The position numbers and the translations under genes are program-made. A stretch of 64,000 nucleotides of DNA. Source: an uncultured Pseudobdellovibrionaceae bacterium. Lineage in GTDB: Bacteria > Patescibacteriota > Minisyncoccia > Moranbacterales > GCA-2747515. The stretch's first letter is position 1. Each line of letters begins with the position of its first letter. The stretch covers positions 32,576 to 96,575 of the forward strand of contig CAYXCH010000006.1 in NCBI GenBank assembly GCA_964463705.1. Direction: 5' to 3'. Shown here piece by piece: positions 29,316-39,261 of this stretch. The notes under the pieces were generated by a model. That model did not search any database, was not told the DNA's origin, and saw nothing but the letters and a program-made list of their open reading frames with translations.

Positions 29316-29939
29316 TTAAATCTTTCCAACCAAATCCACACCGGGTGTTAATGTTTCCGATCCCGGAGTCCAGCTTGCCGGACATACTTGCCCGGGATGC
29401 TCACGAACAAACTGCGCCGCTTCAATCTTTCGCAACAATTCCGCCGCACTGCGCCCAATATCATTGTTATTTACCTCATAAGCCGCCAACACTCCATCCG
29501 GATCAATGATAAATGTTCCGCGCAACGCCAATCCCTCTTCCTCAATATAAACACCGAAATACTTTGCCATACGCCCTGTCGGATCCGCCGCCATCGGATA
29601 GGTAATTTTCTGAATTGATGGCGATGCATCATGCCACGCCTTGTGCGTAAACGCCGTATCGGTGCTGACACTGATAATCTCCACATTCCGCTCCGTAAAC
29701 TTTTCGTAATTCTTGGCCAATTCCTCCAATTCCGTCGGACAAACAAATGTAAAATCTGCCGGATAGAAAAACACAACGGTCCATTTTCCGCGAAAATCAG
29801 AGAGCTTAACACCATCGGTAATGTTACCCTCATGATAAACGGAAAACGTCATATCTTCCACTTCCTCACCGATAACAACTCGGCGATTGCTGTGTTCACC
29901 GCACTCAAAACATGCATTAACTTCTCCGTATTTAGACAT
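29316..29939 (-). CDS. Peroxiredoxin (AhpC/TSA family)
   Basis: WTVVFFYPADFTFVCPTE peroxidatic-cysteine motif. The N-terminus may start at an internal Met. Confidence 0.85.
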   Translation of the reverse strand: MSKYGEVNACFECGEHSNRRVVIGEEVEDMTFSVYHEGNITDGVKLSDFRGKWTVVFFYPADFTFVCPTELEELAKNYEKFTERNVEIISVSTDTAFTHKAWHDASPSIQKITYPMAADPTGRMAKYFGVYIEEEGLALRGTFIIDPDGVLAAYEVNNNDIGRSAAELLRKIEAAQFVREHPGQVCPASWTPGSETLTPGVDLVGKI

Positions 29940-30035
29940 ATGTATATTATTATCAACTTAATCCTCTCTCATCATACCACCGCAAAAATTGCTCCGCAAG
30001 TAGACAAGTATTGGGAACTGTTGCGTTCCATATCT

Positions 30036-32345
30036 TTAATCAAAATCTGATGATTTGCACTTACGATCCGGCACCGGCGCAACAATAATCTTACGGTCCA
30101 TTTCCTCGTAATATTTTCGAACACCACGCTCCCACGCCGTATACTGCGGATCTCTTTCCGGATGTTTTGGCGGCGGACCGAGCGGATTTTCTCTATCAAC
30201 ATAGTGCAAAATGCTGTGCGCGTTAATAAACTTACGCCGCTTGACATCCCGATCCGCATCCTCGCACGCATCGGATTTAAGGCACCAAGTATTCTTTTTC
30301 TTAGAAATGCGACATACTTTTTCCTCCACCATTTCCGGTACAAATCCATCCCGCAGCGGGCGACGCTCCGTATCATCATCTGTCGTCTTCGCATCAGACC
30401 CTTCCGCCTCATCATCACCATAATCCGGAAAATGCTCAATGCGCGTCCCGTCCAACGATTGTTCCAAAAACGCTCGCCAAATCGGTGCCGCTACGACGCT
30501 TCCCGACGCACCATCTCGCATTGGCCGGTTATCATTATTCCCCACCCATACACCAACCGCCAATGAGGGTGTATATCCCATTGTCCACGCATCACGAAAA
30601 CTGTTTGTCGTTCCCGTCTTTGCTGCAACAGGACGATCATCAAACCGCAACGGATTATTTGCGGAAAACGCCGGAACGCGGTACTTGTTGGTGGATAGTG
30701 CCTCATCAAGCATTGCAACATATTCCTCCTCCACTACACGCACCCCCTCCGTATCATGCCACTGTTCCACCACTTCTCCCTCTTTATCCTCAATACGCAA
30801 AATCATTGTCAGCGGCTTACGCACTCCGCCGTTTGCAAGGGTTGCATAGGCATGAGTATGATTTAACAGTGTTACTTCTCCACCACCCAACACCAGTGAC
30901 AACCCGTATCGCCGCGGATGCTCCAATCCCGTCACCCCCAGCTCTCGCGCAAGACGTGCCGCCTCCGACACACCAACCAAATACAACGCCTTTACCGCCG
31001 GGATATTCAAGGACATCGCCAACGCGCGCTTTACCTTTACCGGACCGCGAAATGTCCCATCATAGTTTCGCGGCTCATACGGATCTTCCCCGTCATCAAA
31101 TCGTGTTCGCACATCATACAGAATTGTATCCGGTGAGTACCCCTTACGAAACAACCCCAAATATACATAGGGTTTAAACGAGCTTCCCGGCTGTCGAAAG
31201 CGCATGGCAACATTAACATTTCCATCAATCTCGCGACTAAAATAGTCTACACTTCCCACCATCGCCAATACCTGTGCCGTCCGAGGATCAATCGCTACCA
31301 ATGCGGCATTTTCGGCATTATACCGAGCATTACGCTCTACCCCTTCACGAACGACCGTCTCGGCCCGGCGCTGTGCCTCCATATCAATCGTCGTAATCAC
31401 TCGCATCCCCGCCTCCTCCAACTCTTGTTTTCCGTAGCGCTTCTCCAAATACTCACGGATCGCCATCACAAAATGTGGCGCCCGAATCTGTGTTCGTTGC
31501 GGTGTTATCTTTTCTAACGTATCAATCGCCTTTGCCTCATCGGCACGTTGACGAGTAATGTATCCCAACTCCGCCATCTGATCCAGCGCATAGTGCTGAC
31601 GTCGTACAAGACGCTCCAAACGAGCCGGAGATGTGTTATACGGAGAATAGCGGGACGGTTGTTGCGGAAGCGCCGCCAGCAATGCCGCCTCATCCAGCGT
31701 CAGCTCTCGTGCATGTTTACCGAAAAATGTCTGCGCCGCCGCTTCAATTCCATATGCGTTGGACCCATACGGAATTTCGTTAAGGTACATTGCCAAAATT
31801 TCATCTTTGGTAAACTTACGCTCCAACTCCATTGAAAGAATAACCTCCTTCAGTTTGCGCTCATATGTACGCTCACTGGTCAATAACGTATTCTTAATCA
31901 ACTGCTGTGTAATCGTTGACCCTCCACTGCTGCGACCACCAACCAACTGCGGAAACACTTGGGAAATTGCCGCACGAAGAATTGCGGTAATCTTAACACC
32001 GTGATGTTTGTAAAAATCTTGATCCTCCAATGCAAGTGTCGCATAGCGCACAACTGTTGGAATTTCTTCAAATGGAATAATTGTTCGCTTCTCCTCTCCG
32101 TGAATATCATACAATAGTACCGTCCCCGTCCGATCATAAATTTTCGTAGACTCCACCACCTTCAATGCGGTAATCTCATCAGCGGGCGGCAAGTCTTTTG
32201 CGTAATACCAAAACACTCCCGCCGCTCCCACAAGCGCAATCACGCCGAGTGTCAATATACCGTATGTCGCAATTCGCCCTATCGTTCGCCACATTGTCCG
32301 CCGCGATGCCCGCCGTCGCTTTCGCATATGATATCGTGCACCCAT
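30036..32345 (-). CDS. mrcA: Class A penicillin-binding protein (bifunctional glycosyltransferase/transpeptidase, PBP1A-like)
   Basis: N-terminal TM, GT51 motifs (LEDQDFYKHHGV, GGSTITQQLIKN), and transpeptidase motifs (PGSSFKP, SLN, KTGTT). Confidence 0.9.
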   Translation of the reverse strand: MGARYHMRKRRRASRRTMWRTIGRIATYGILTLGVIALVGAAGVFWYYAKDLPPADEITALKVVESTKIYDRTGTVLLYDIHGEEKRTIIPFEEIPTVVRYATLALEDQDFYKHHGVKITAILRAAISQVFPQLVGGRSSGGSTITQQLIKNTLLTSERTYERKLKEVILSMELERKFTKDEILAMYLNEIPYGSNAYGIEAAAQTFFGKHARELTLDEAALLAALPQQPSRYSPYNTSPARLERLVRRQHYALDQMAELGYITRQRADEAKAIDTLEKITPQRTQIRAPHFVMAIREYLEKRYGKQELEEAGMRVITTIDMEAQRRAETVVREGVERNARYNAENAALVAIDPRTAQVLAMVGSVDYFSREIDGNVNVAMRFRQPGSSFKPYVYLGLFRKGYSPDTILYDVRTRFDDGEDPYEPRNYDGTFRGPVKVKRALAMSLNIPAVKALYLVGVSEAARLARELGVTGLEHPRRYGLSLVLGGGEVTLLNHTHAYATLANGGVRKPLTMILRIEDKEGEVVEQWHDTEGVRVVEEEYVAMLDEALSTNKYRVPAFSANNPLRFDDRPVAAKTGTTNSFRDAWTMGYTPSLAVGVWVGNNDNRPMRDGASGSVVAAPIWRAFLEQSLDGTRIEHFPDYGDDEAEGSDAKTTDDDTERRPLRDGFVPEMVEEKVCRISKKKNTWCLKSDACEDADRDVKRRKFINAHSILHYVDRENPLGPPPKHPERDPQYTAWERGVRKYYEEMDRKIIVAPVPDRKCKSSDFD

Positions 32346-32504
32346 AAAAACACCTCGTTAACTTACACCCGTATTTTACCGCACTTAAAGTAATTGCGCC
32401 AATTATTCTCTTTCCGAAAAATTGTTATTTGCAAAGAGCAGAGTTCGGAAAATAAAACGCATTCTATTTATTGGCAATGTGCCACGACAAACAAAAATCC
32501 ATCG

Positions 32505-33338
32505 TTATTTCAAAACACTGTCAATGGCCTGCATATACTTTTCCGGCTGACCAATAAAATCAAAATGTCCGCCTTTTACTGAACAAAATCCATCCAAATA
32601 TCCATCTTCATACGCTTTCCCTAATTTCTTTTGAATTTTATCCATAAAAAAAGTAAGATCATCTGCGCCGGCAATGACTGAAATTTTAATTCCTTTTTCT
32701 TTAAGTTCTTTCATAATTTCCATAATGTCAAATTCGGCCAATTCGCTTACTTCATCATATGATCGGCGTGGATTTTTTTGAATATATTTAGCCGATTCTT
32801 TTATCATTCTATAGCCGTCAGCTGGATAATTAACAATAAATTTTAATAAATCCATCACAAATAAACCGAATAATTTAAATTTATTTTCCCATCCGGTTAA
32901 GCCGGCCGGATTTAATAAAACTATATTATTAAATTTTTCCGGATATTGTCTGGCTACCAGCAACAAATTTATAGCCCCTTCCGAATAACCGATTGCATCC
33001 GTCTTCTCAATCTGTTTTCTCTCCAATATTGAAAGTAAAGAAACCGCCTTACGGAGTTCCTCTGTTTCTTCCTTGCTTCCATCAATTCTAGCATGACTCA
33101 ACGATACCACTCGACGTTTTTGTTTAGCCAATTCTTTTAACGGTTTTTCTATAGAATCGATTGTTATTGACCAGCCGGGAGCAAAAAACACCGGAATATC
33201 CGTTTTCATTTCGTCGGGAACAATATCAATGGTGTCAATTGTTCCCCAGGTAAATTCTTCTTGTCCTTTAAATACCTTTAATTCAATTTCTTTTCGGCCC
33301 TTTTCCGAAAAATCAATATTATCCCTTGGTGAAAACAT
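32505..33338 (-). CDS. Alpha/beta-fold hydrolase
   Basis: GYSEGA nucleophile elbow (GxSxG) with downstream Asp/His candidates. The local GC is markedly lower than in neighbouring genes. Confidence 0.6.
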   Translation of the reverse strand: MFSPRDNIDFSEKGRKEIELKVFKGQEEFTWGTIDTIDIVPDEMKTDIPVFFAPGWSITIDSIEKPLKELAKQKRRVVSLSHARIDGSKEETEELRKAVSLLSILERKQIEKTDAIGYSEGAINLLLVARQYPEKFNNIVLLNPAGLTGWENKFKLFGLFVMDLLKFIVNYPADGYRMIKESAKYIQKNPRRSYDEVSELAEFDIMEIMKELKEKGIKISVIAGADDLTFFMDKIQKKLGKAYEDGYLDGFCSVKGGHFDFIGQPEKYMQAIDSVLK

Positions 33339-33774
33339 AATTAATAAAGTTATCTACAACTGTTTTAGAAATCTCTCTGCCTATTCTGTTACAGAATTTT
33401 TCATTTTAATGGTTAAGTCAATACTATCTTAAAAGCTGTTTATTCCCCCGCTTACAATAAGGGATTGGCATTTGAATTTGAGTGCAAGAGCACATCCGTT
33501 TACGAAATAAGTTTTCATAGCAAACTCAATCACAAAGCGATGACTGCTTTACAAAGTAAAATACTTATTTAGAGCTTGTCAACTATTTGTATTTTTGATG
33601 TGTCGCTTCTATCACAAAATACACTTTGGATAAAAACAAGTTGTACAGAATTCCACTACACTTTTGCTTCACTCTGTTGCCATCTTAGCGCATCATTAAA
33701 AACATATTATATTAAGCATTACAACCCCGTACGCATTTCGAAATCTGAACGAGTACTTTATTTGTTGCACTATA

Positions 33775-34260
33775 TTACCTTACATCAACAATCTCAATTT
33801 CTATAACATTAGAGGTCTCAATCTCTCCAGTTTGTGCATTTCTGGCGGTAATGAATACTTTGTGCGGTGATGATTTTTTCGGGAATTTACTGGCGTGTAT
33901 TTTTATATAGTTGCTTTCATTTTTTTGTATCAAGCGACCACTAATCGGTATTTTATTTCCATTATCATCAATAATGTACACGATAAAATCACTACCGCTC
34001 GGAAAAGATTTACTTGTTCTAAAGTAAACTGTTTCGGAGTTTGTATACTTGCTGCCGGCACGAATAAAAAACGTGCCTTCATTTTCTACTTCATGACTTG
34101 CGGAAACGTTATATTGTCGCTTAGGCTGCGCACTTTTCTCTGTTTGCTCTTCTATCCATTCTATTGCTACAGGAATAAGATTTAATACTCCGACAATAAC
34201 CATAGATAATATGATGAGTACTATAATTCCAACAATGTCGCCTTTATTGTTCGTAGTCAT
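33775..34260 (-). CDS. TM-anchored small protein with beta-rich extracytoplasmic domain, hypothetical
   Basis: N-terminal TM (IVGIIVLIILSMVIVGVL). AT-rich codon usage. The neighbouring gene is 13 nt downstream on the same strand. Confidence 0.4.
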   Translation of the reverse strand: MTTNNKGDIVGIIVLIILSMVIVGVLNLIPVAIEWIEEQTEKSAQPKRQYNVSASHEVENEGTFFIRAGSKYTNSETVYFRTSKSFPSGSDFIVYIIDDNGNKIPISGRLIQKNESNYIKIHASKFPKKSSPHKVFITARNAQTGEIETSNVIEIEIVDVR

Positions 34261-34272
34261 GGATGTTTGAAG

Positions 34273-35049
34273 TTAAGAAGAAATGATTGCGTAGGTAAAA
34301 TATGATATTGTAATACCTATGGCGAGCATTGAGACTATATAAAACCATGTAAGCCACTTCCTTTCAAGGAAAAATAATAATGTGTTTATTAGTCCGGACA
34401 CAATGGCAACAATAATTGCATATATGCCTATATATTCATCAGGAGTTCCAAATAAAAATATCAAGCCTATGCCAATACAAACAATTGGAAACAATGACAT
34501 GAGAATCAAAAAAGTGACACCCTCTTCGCCGATAAGTCCCTTAATGGTTTTATCTTTGGAAAGTAGAACAATAAGAAATTCTCTTAGAGAATACCGTATT
34601 GACGGCAATTGCCTTACCGGGTTGTTGTAGAATGGATGATATAGCAAATAAATAGAGAGAATTGTACTTATTATCATAGCAAGCTGTTCCAATATAAGTA
34701 CCGCCATGAAAATATCTTGCCCACCATTAAGTGAGTATTCCTCCTTAATCACAAAAAAGAACGGTATCATTAAAAAATTAAGCACTACCATTAAGATTAA
34801 TGCCAGCCTTTGTCCATAAAGAATGCCGTATATGGCATAAGTGTCCAAATACAACCAAACAGCTGAAAACGGAATATACAGTAAAAGTGCTATGAGGCAA
34901 CCAAAGTCTGTACACCCGTTATAAAACTTGAGTATTGACGGTACCACCTGCATAAAAACAACCAGACCCACACATGCTATCACCAACGCCTGCCAAGGAC
35001 GTCCCGACAGAAATTCTTGTCGTATAATATTGTTTACACCCATACCCAC
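34273..35049 (-). CDS. Polytopic membrane protein, hypothetical
   Basis: Seven to eight hydrophobic helices. No recognisable motif. Confidence 0.45.
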   Translation of the reverse strand: MGMGVNNIIRQEFLSGRPWQALVIACVGLVVFMQVVPSILKFYNGCTDFGCLIALLLYIPFSAVWLYLDTYAIYGILYGQRLALILMVVLNFLMIPFFFVIKEEYSLNGGQDIFMAVLILEQLAMIISTILSIYLLYHPFYNNPVRQLPSIRYSLREFLIVLLSKDKTIKGLIGEEGVTFLILMSLFPIVCIGIGLIFLFGTPDEYIGIYAIIVAIVSGLINTLLFFLERKWLTWFYIVSMLAIGITISYFTYAIISS

Positions 35050-35426
35050 AATACTATTTTAGTTATTCAATATTTTGGCTAACAAAATAACACAAGTCAT
35101 ATATCGTCTTTCACGCAATCCATTATACCATACTATTAAAGTATTCAGTTGGTGTGTTTGAGGTAAACATATTTTTTATTTTTTGTAAAAAATACGATTT
35201 ACATTGTATACGGCATGCTCTTTTAGAGAGCTTTACTGTGCAACGTTTAAAAAATTTTACATAACTTAAATCACCTAAAATCTTTATTCTATGATCTTCA
35301 TATACTGCCATTTTAAACATTTACGAAAGCCTTGGCATTTAATCTAAAACCAACATTAAAAACTATTTAAGTGCTCCTGTCGCCGCACTCATATTTTGCC
35401 ACACTTGCAGTAACGCGCCATTGTGT

Positions 35427-37145
35427 CTACAGTATGAAGCGAGATTTTACTTGCTCCCACACTTCCCGTGAGTAAAATTCTGGTCGCATAATTTTATCCT
35501 CATCCAACAATCCCCATTTTTTCAAAATCCGCGCGGAATCAATATTGACTCCTGATACATAAGCATACTTATCTGCCCCAAATTTTTCCAATTCCTTCAT
35601 CACACGCAATTGCTCCAAATACACCAAATCCTTGGAACTCGTAGGTTCTCCACCGGATAGTGAACGAGCTCCACGGAACAGTCGCAATGTACGATTAACC
35701 GCCAGGCGCATCAATCGATCTCGCTCTGCGCGTGCAGACGTTGCCGAAACCGCATTGGTGGACTCCTGTTTATCTATTGACTGAACAGCATTTTTATAGA
35801 ATGTCTCCACGCACTGCGCAAAATCTCCACCGGTACTGCGCACGGCAAGCGCTCGCACATAATTTGACGCCGGCAATTGACGATAACCAAACAACTCCCG
35901 AGAAATTTTATCCTGGTTGTACATTGCGCCCGCTTCGGCATACAGCTCCGATCTATCCCCGCGAATATCGCCAAATAACTTAAGAGGTAAATGCTTTCTA
36001 TTTTCACTTTGCAATACATGCCCCTCCACTTCATGCGCACACGCCACGGAAACCGCCTTGGCAATGGAAATTTTTCTGCACGGAATTTTAATAACTTTTT
36101 GCACACCATCTACAAACATTCCTCCACCATCGGTTACCACCACTTGCCACTTGTTATCCGATGCCGGCCCCGGACGATTTACGGTATAATACTTGGAATC
36201 CTCCATGCTCTTGACACCGTACTGTTCCAACACAAATTCCACCATACGCACCACCTCCTCACTATCAACAGTTTCCGCAAATAATTTTTCCGGATCAATA
36301 CCTCGCTGACGGATACGCTCTTCTCGCATGCTATCGTTTTGATACCGTTCGGCATCAATATAATCGGCAAAATCAAGAAGTTCTTTGGTTAAAGCCGAAT
36401 ATATGCCTGACACATCCGGAGAATCACTCGCCCCGAACACAAACCGATCGTATCGTGCGGTATTGCGATCTGATTGCTTGGGTGGTGATTGAGTAAAGCG
36501 CTTATCTGCAGCTATTGCCATTTGCGTCCGTGCAATCAATTCATTGACACGCTGTAGATACAGTATTAAAAAATCCTTCTTAATTGAATCGTTCTCTCCG
36601 GGCAATTGTGTCAATTCGTTTTTTATACGCTGCTTAAACGCCCGCAAGTCCCGCAATTTTTTCTCGGTTTCATCCGGATTAAGCACATAGTGCACCCGCT
36701 CTGTTACACCGGCATCCAGAGAAAACGTCTCTCCACGTTGCAACTGCTGCTGAAACCGCTCTACACTATCATTACAAAAGTATTGCATGGAACGATTTCC
36801 CAACTCCTTTATTTCCGTGATATCAGTCGTTGACATCTTCCCAATGCTGCGCGTGATTTCTTCCGTCACTGATTGCGGAGAATTGCCCAACAACTTCACT
36901 CCGGTTACCTCCGTGAAATCCTTCCGTCCGTGATCAGTTAAAAAGTACCCGGTATAAAAATCCGTCGTTACTACCGGGACTTTGTATATTTCATACAACT
37001 CATCGCCAAGTCTGTTTTCATACGCTATAAACTCTACGCGCTCAGACTCAGATAACCGATACACCTCTTGATTTTCCAATTTTTGAACCGACCCAGCAAT
37101 TGTTTCCGGTGGACGCCGCGGGTAGAGTGATTCTTTTTCGTACAT
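35427..37145 (-). CDS. Putative zinc metallopeptidase (HExxH) of a family often linked to ATP-grasp ligases
   Basis: CAHEVEGHV contains an HExxH motif with a downstream Glu (ELYAEAG). It lies head-to-tail with RimK-like genes on the same strand. Confidence 0.5.
   Translation of the reverse strand: MYEKESLYPRRPPETIAGSVQKLENQEVYRLSESERVEFIAYENRLGDELYEIYKVPVVTTDFYTGYFLTDHGRKDFTEVTGVKLLGNSPQSVTEEITRSIGKMSTTDITEIKELGNRSMQYFCNDSVERFQQQLQRGETFSLDAGVTERVHYVLNPDETEKKLRDLRAFKQRIKNELTQLPGENDSIKKDFLILYLQRVNELIARTQMAIAADKRFTQSPPKQSDRNTARYDRFVFGASDSPDVSGIYSALTKELLDFADYIDAERYQNDSMREERIRQRGIDPEKLFAETVDSEEVVRMVEFVLEQYGVKSMEDSKYYTVNRPGPASDNKWQVVVTDGGGMFVDGVQKVIKIPCRKISIAKAVSVACAHEVEGHVLQSENRKHLPLKLFGDIRGDRSELYAEAGAMYNQDKISRELFGYRQLPASNYVRALAVRSTGGDFAQCVETFYKNAVQSIDKQESTNAVSATSARAERDRLMRLAVNRTLRLFRGARSLSGGEPTSSKDLVYLEQLRVMKELEKFGADKYAYVSGVNIDSARILKKWGLLDEDKIMRPEFYSREVWEQVKSRFIL
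35631..35738. repeat. 108-nt direct repeat, copy A, inside the metallopeptidase-like gene
   Basis: About 96% identical to 38110..38217 (4 mismatches). Confidence 0.8.
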
Positions 37146-37158
37146 ACAACTTTAGTTA

Positions 37159-38049
37159 TCAACTGGAGAAGCTTTTATGAAAACCGGCAAGAATTTCTTG
37201 AACTATGTTTTTATTGCTATGTGCAATTTGAAATCCCTTGAAATTGGCTGATAGGTTAATTTCTATCACCCTGAACCGCTTATTGCTGTCAACGATAATA
37301 TCAACCCCCACATAATCACACAACAATTTTTGCGCAACGTTTTCGGCAAATTTAAACATTTTCACGTCATAATATGATTCAATTGAAGCGCCTTGCGAGA
37401 AGTTATGCTTCCAATCACTGGTTGTGCCCGACCTTTTAATGGCCCCAATGGTCTTTCCGGCACACACTATGACACGGTAATCACAAGTAGTTGGTATAAA
37501 CTCTTGTAAAATAATGCTCTTATCTGGATTTTTGGCAACATAGTCAACTAAATCTTGCTCGGTACTCATTTTATGTACGCTAAGACCGAAGCTTCCCTCA
37601 ACATCCTTTAAAATAATTGGAAACGACCAAGGAATAACCTTCAACAAGTATTTTGAATTTTGGCTTACAGGATGCAAGGTGTCAATTGTCGGTATATTAT
37701 ATTTCAAAAAAAGTTCATATTGTGAAAATTTATCAAAAAATGGATTTTTTGCAAAAAAATCACCATTTACCACCGGAACAGAATTTTCTCGTAAAAATAA
37801 TATCAAACGATATGTTGAAATTCTTTTTTTGATAAGTGTATTATCAACCACCTTGTCATGACAACGCACAATAGCGCCGTTAAATTGTGAAATATCCAGT
37901 AACCGCTGACGATAAATCAGTTTATTTTCATAAAAAAACAGGTTATCAACATTTATAAAAACAAACTCCCAATTCAACCTCAACGCCTCTTCTTTTATGG
38001 TTTTTACTGAGTGAAATTTTTCATTAAAACCAAAATATATAACTTTCAT
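37159..38049 (-). CDS. RimK-like ATP-grasp ligase
   Basis: DYRVIVCAGKTIGAIKRSGTTSDWKHNFSQGA matches the RimK DIR..VG...A..R....DFRSN...GG signature. Confidence 0.65.
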   Translation of the reverse strand: MKVIYFGFNEKFHSVKTIKEEALRLNWEFVFINVDNLFFYENKLIYRQRLLDISQFNGAIVRCHDKVVDNTLIKKRISTYRLILFLRENSVPVVNGDFFAKNPFFDKFSQYELFLKYNIPTIDTLHPVSQNSKYLLKVIPWSFPIILKDVEGSFGLSVHKMSTEQDLVDYVAKNPDKSIILQEFIPTTCDYRVIVCAGKTIGAIKRSGTTSDWKHNFSQGASIESYYDVKMFKFAENVAQKLLCDYVGVDIIVDSNKRFRVIEINLSANFKGFQIAHSNKNIVQEILAGFHKSFSS

Positions 38050-38058
38050 ATATTTTAC

Positions 38059-38316
38059 TTAATCCTCAAATCTAACCGAACACCTACCTATACTCACCAT
38101 TTTACAGTACTTGGAACTTGTAAGTTCTCCACCGGATAGTGAACGAGCTCCACGAAACAGTCGCAATGTACGATTAACCGCCAGGCGCATCAATCGATCT
38201 CGCTCCGCGCGTGCAGATTCTGAAAGTTCGCAAACGTCCTGATTTTTTAATTGTTCTACCGACTCCTTCACCATATCTGGCTGTCTTTGCGGATACAGTA
38301 ATAAGTTCTCTAGCAT
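38059..38316 (-). pseudogene. Internally deleted remnant of a paralog of the 35427..37145 gene
   Basis: The N-terminal ~37 aa are homologous to the N-terminus of the 572-aa protein (LYPqRqP...SVeqLkNQ...LSES). The sequence then jumps directly to a near-identical copy of its residues ~455-490 (ARAERDRLMRLAVNRTLRLFRGARSLSGGE). Confidence 0.5.
38110..38217. repeat. 108-nt direct repeat, copy B
   Basis: About 96% identical to 35631..35738. Confidence 0.8.
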
Positions 38317-38331
38317 AAATATTTCAACAGA

Positions 38332-39261
38332 TTATTTCAACTTGCTCTTGATAAGCTCTACAATTTCATCACTCATATCAACTCCAACAGCGTCAAGGCA
38401 ATGTTTGTACAATCCCGGACGTCCATTTTCATCAATAATCTTATATCCTTCATCGGTAGCGATAAAATCAAACCCTATAATATCTTTTCCGATCGCTTGT
38501 TGTGCTTTTACAGCAATATGTGCCAACTCTTCACTAACAGGTGCCGGTACCGTCTTTTGCCCGCGACCGTCCTGTTTAAGCGGATCATAAATTTTCCAAT
38601 CTACTTCATCTGATAATAACGGTTTGCGATACCCGAATAATGCCCGTCCGTTACACACCACCACCGAAATCCATCGTGACAAATCATTTTGATAGTACTT
38701 TTCTACCAAAAACTGCTGTTTAGCACCACTGAATCCCTGTACATATTCTATGCAACTTTGTAATTCATCAAATTTATCAAAACGCATAATACCAATTCCC
38801 CATCCACCGAAACGTGGCTTAAGCAACACATCACCGCCAAACGTATCAAAAACTTTGTGCAATCCGTCAATGTCACCACTGCGAATCAATGCAAAATCAC
38901 CTACCGGTAGACCTGCCTTTTTGAGCCTCGTATGTGCGAGAAACTTATCATTTGTTATACGCACACTCTCTCCTGTATTGATTACCGCTACATCAGCACC
39001 CATCACATCCAACATATGACAAAAGTAATTATCCGCTCTCCAATCAGACGGTCGTACCGTATCATGCCAAAAATAAACATCCAAATCATTTAAACACACA
39101 TCACCAACATACACTTTATTGTTGATAATGACTCCGTTGCGAAAGTCTGCCTCCACCAAATCACAATTCGTAGCGGCAACAATATCACGCTTTATGTGCT
39201 CAATATATTCGGGGGTAAAAATTCCCTGAACTGATTTATGAAATCCTATACGCTTTTTCAT
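38332..39261 (-). CDS. ATP-grasp superfamily ligase (RimK/GshB-like)
   Basis: LKPRFGGWGIGIMRFDKFDEL ... ISVVVCNGRALFGYRK pattern of the ATP-grasp fold. The start is probably MKKRIGF. Confidence 0.6.
   Translation of the reverse strand: MKKRIGFHKSVQGIFTPEYIEHIKRDIVAATNCDLVEADFRNGVIINNKVYVGDVCLNDLDVYFWHDTVRPSDWRADNYFCHMLDVMGADVAVINTGESVRITNDKFLAHTRLKKAGLPVGDFALIRSGDIDGLHKVFDTFGGDVLLKPRFGGWGIGIMRFDKFDELQSCIEYVQGFSGAKQQFLVEKYYQNDLSRWISVVVCNGRALFGYRKPLLSDEVDWKIYDPLKQDGRGQKTVPAPVSEELAHIAVKAQQAIGKDIIGFDFIATDEGYKIIDENGRPGLYKHCLDAVGVDMSDEIVELIKSKLK

Noticed and set aside
35123-35320. 65-aa ORF in the AT-rich spacer, considered as a possible precursor peptide for the ATP-grasp ligases
   Set aside because: It has no leader/core-like conservation or repeated motif. 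Its composition matches random AT-rich sequence. It is mentioned only as a place to look.
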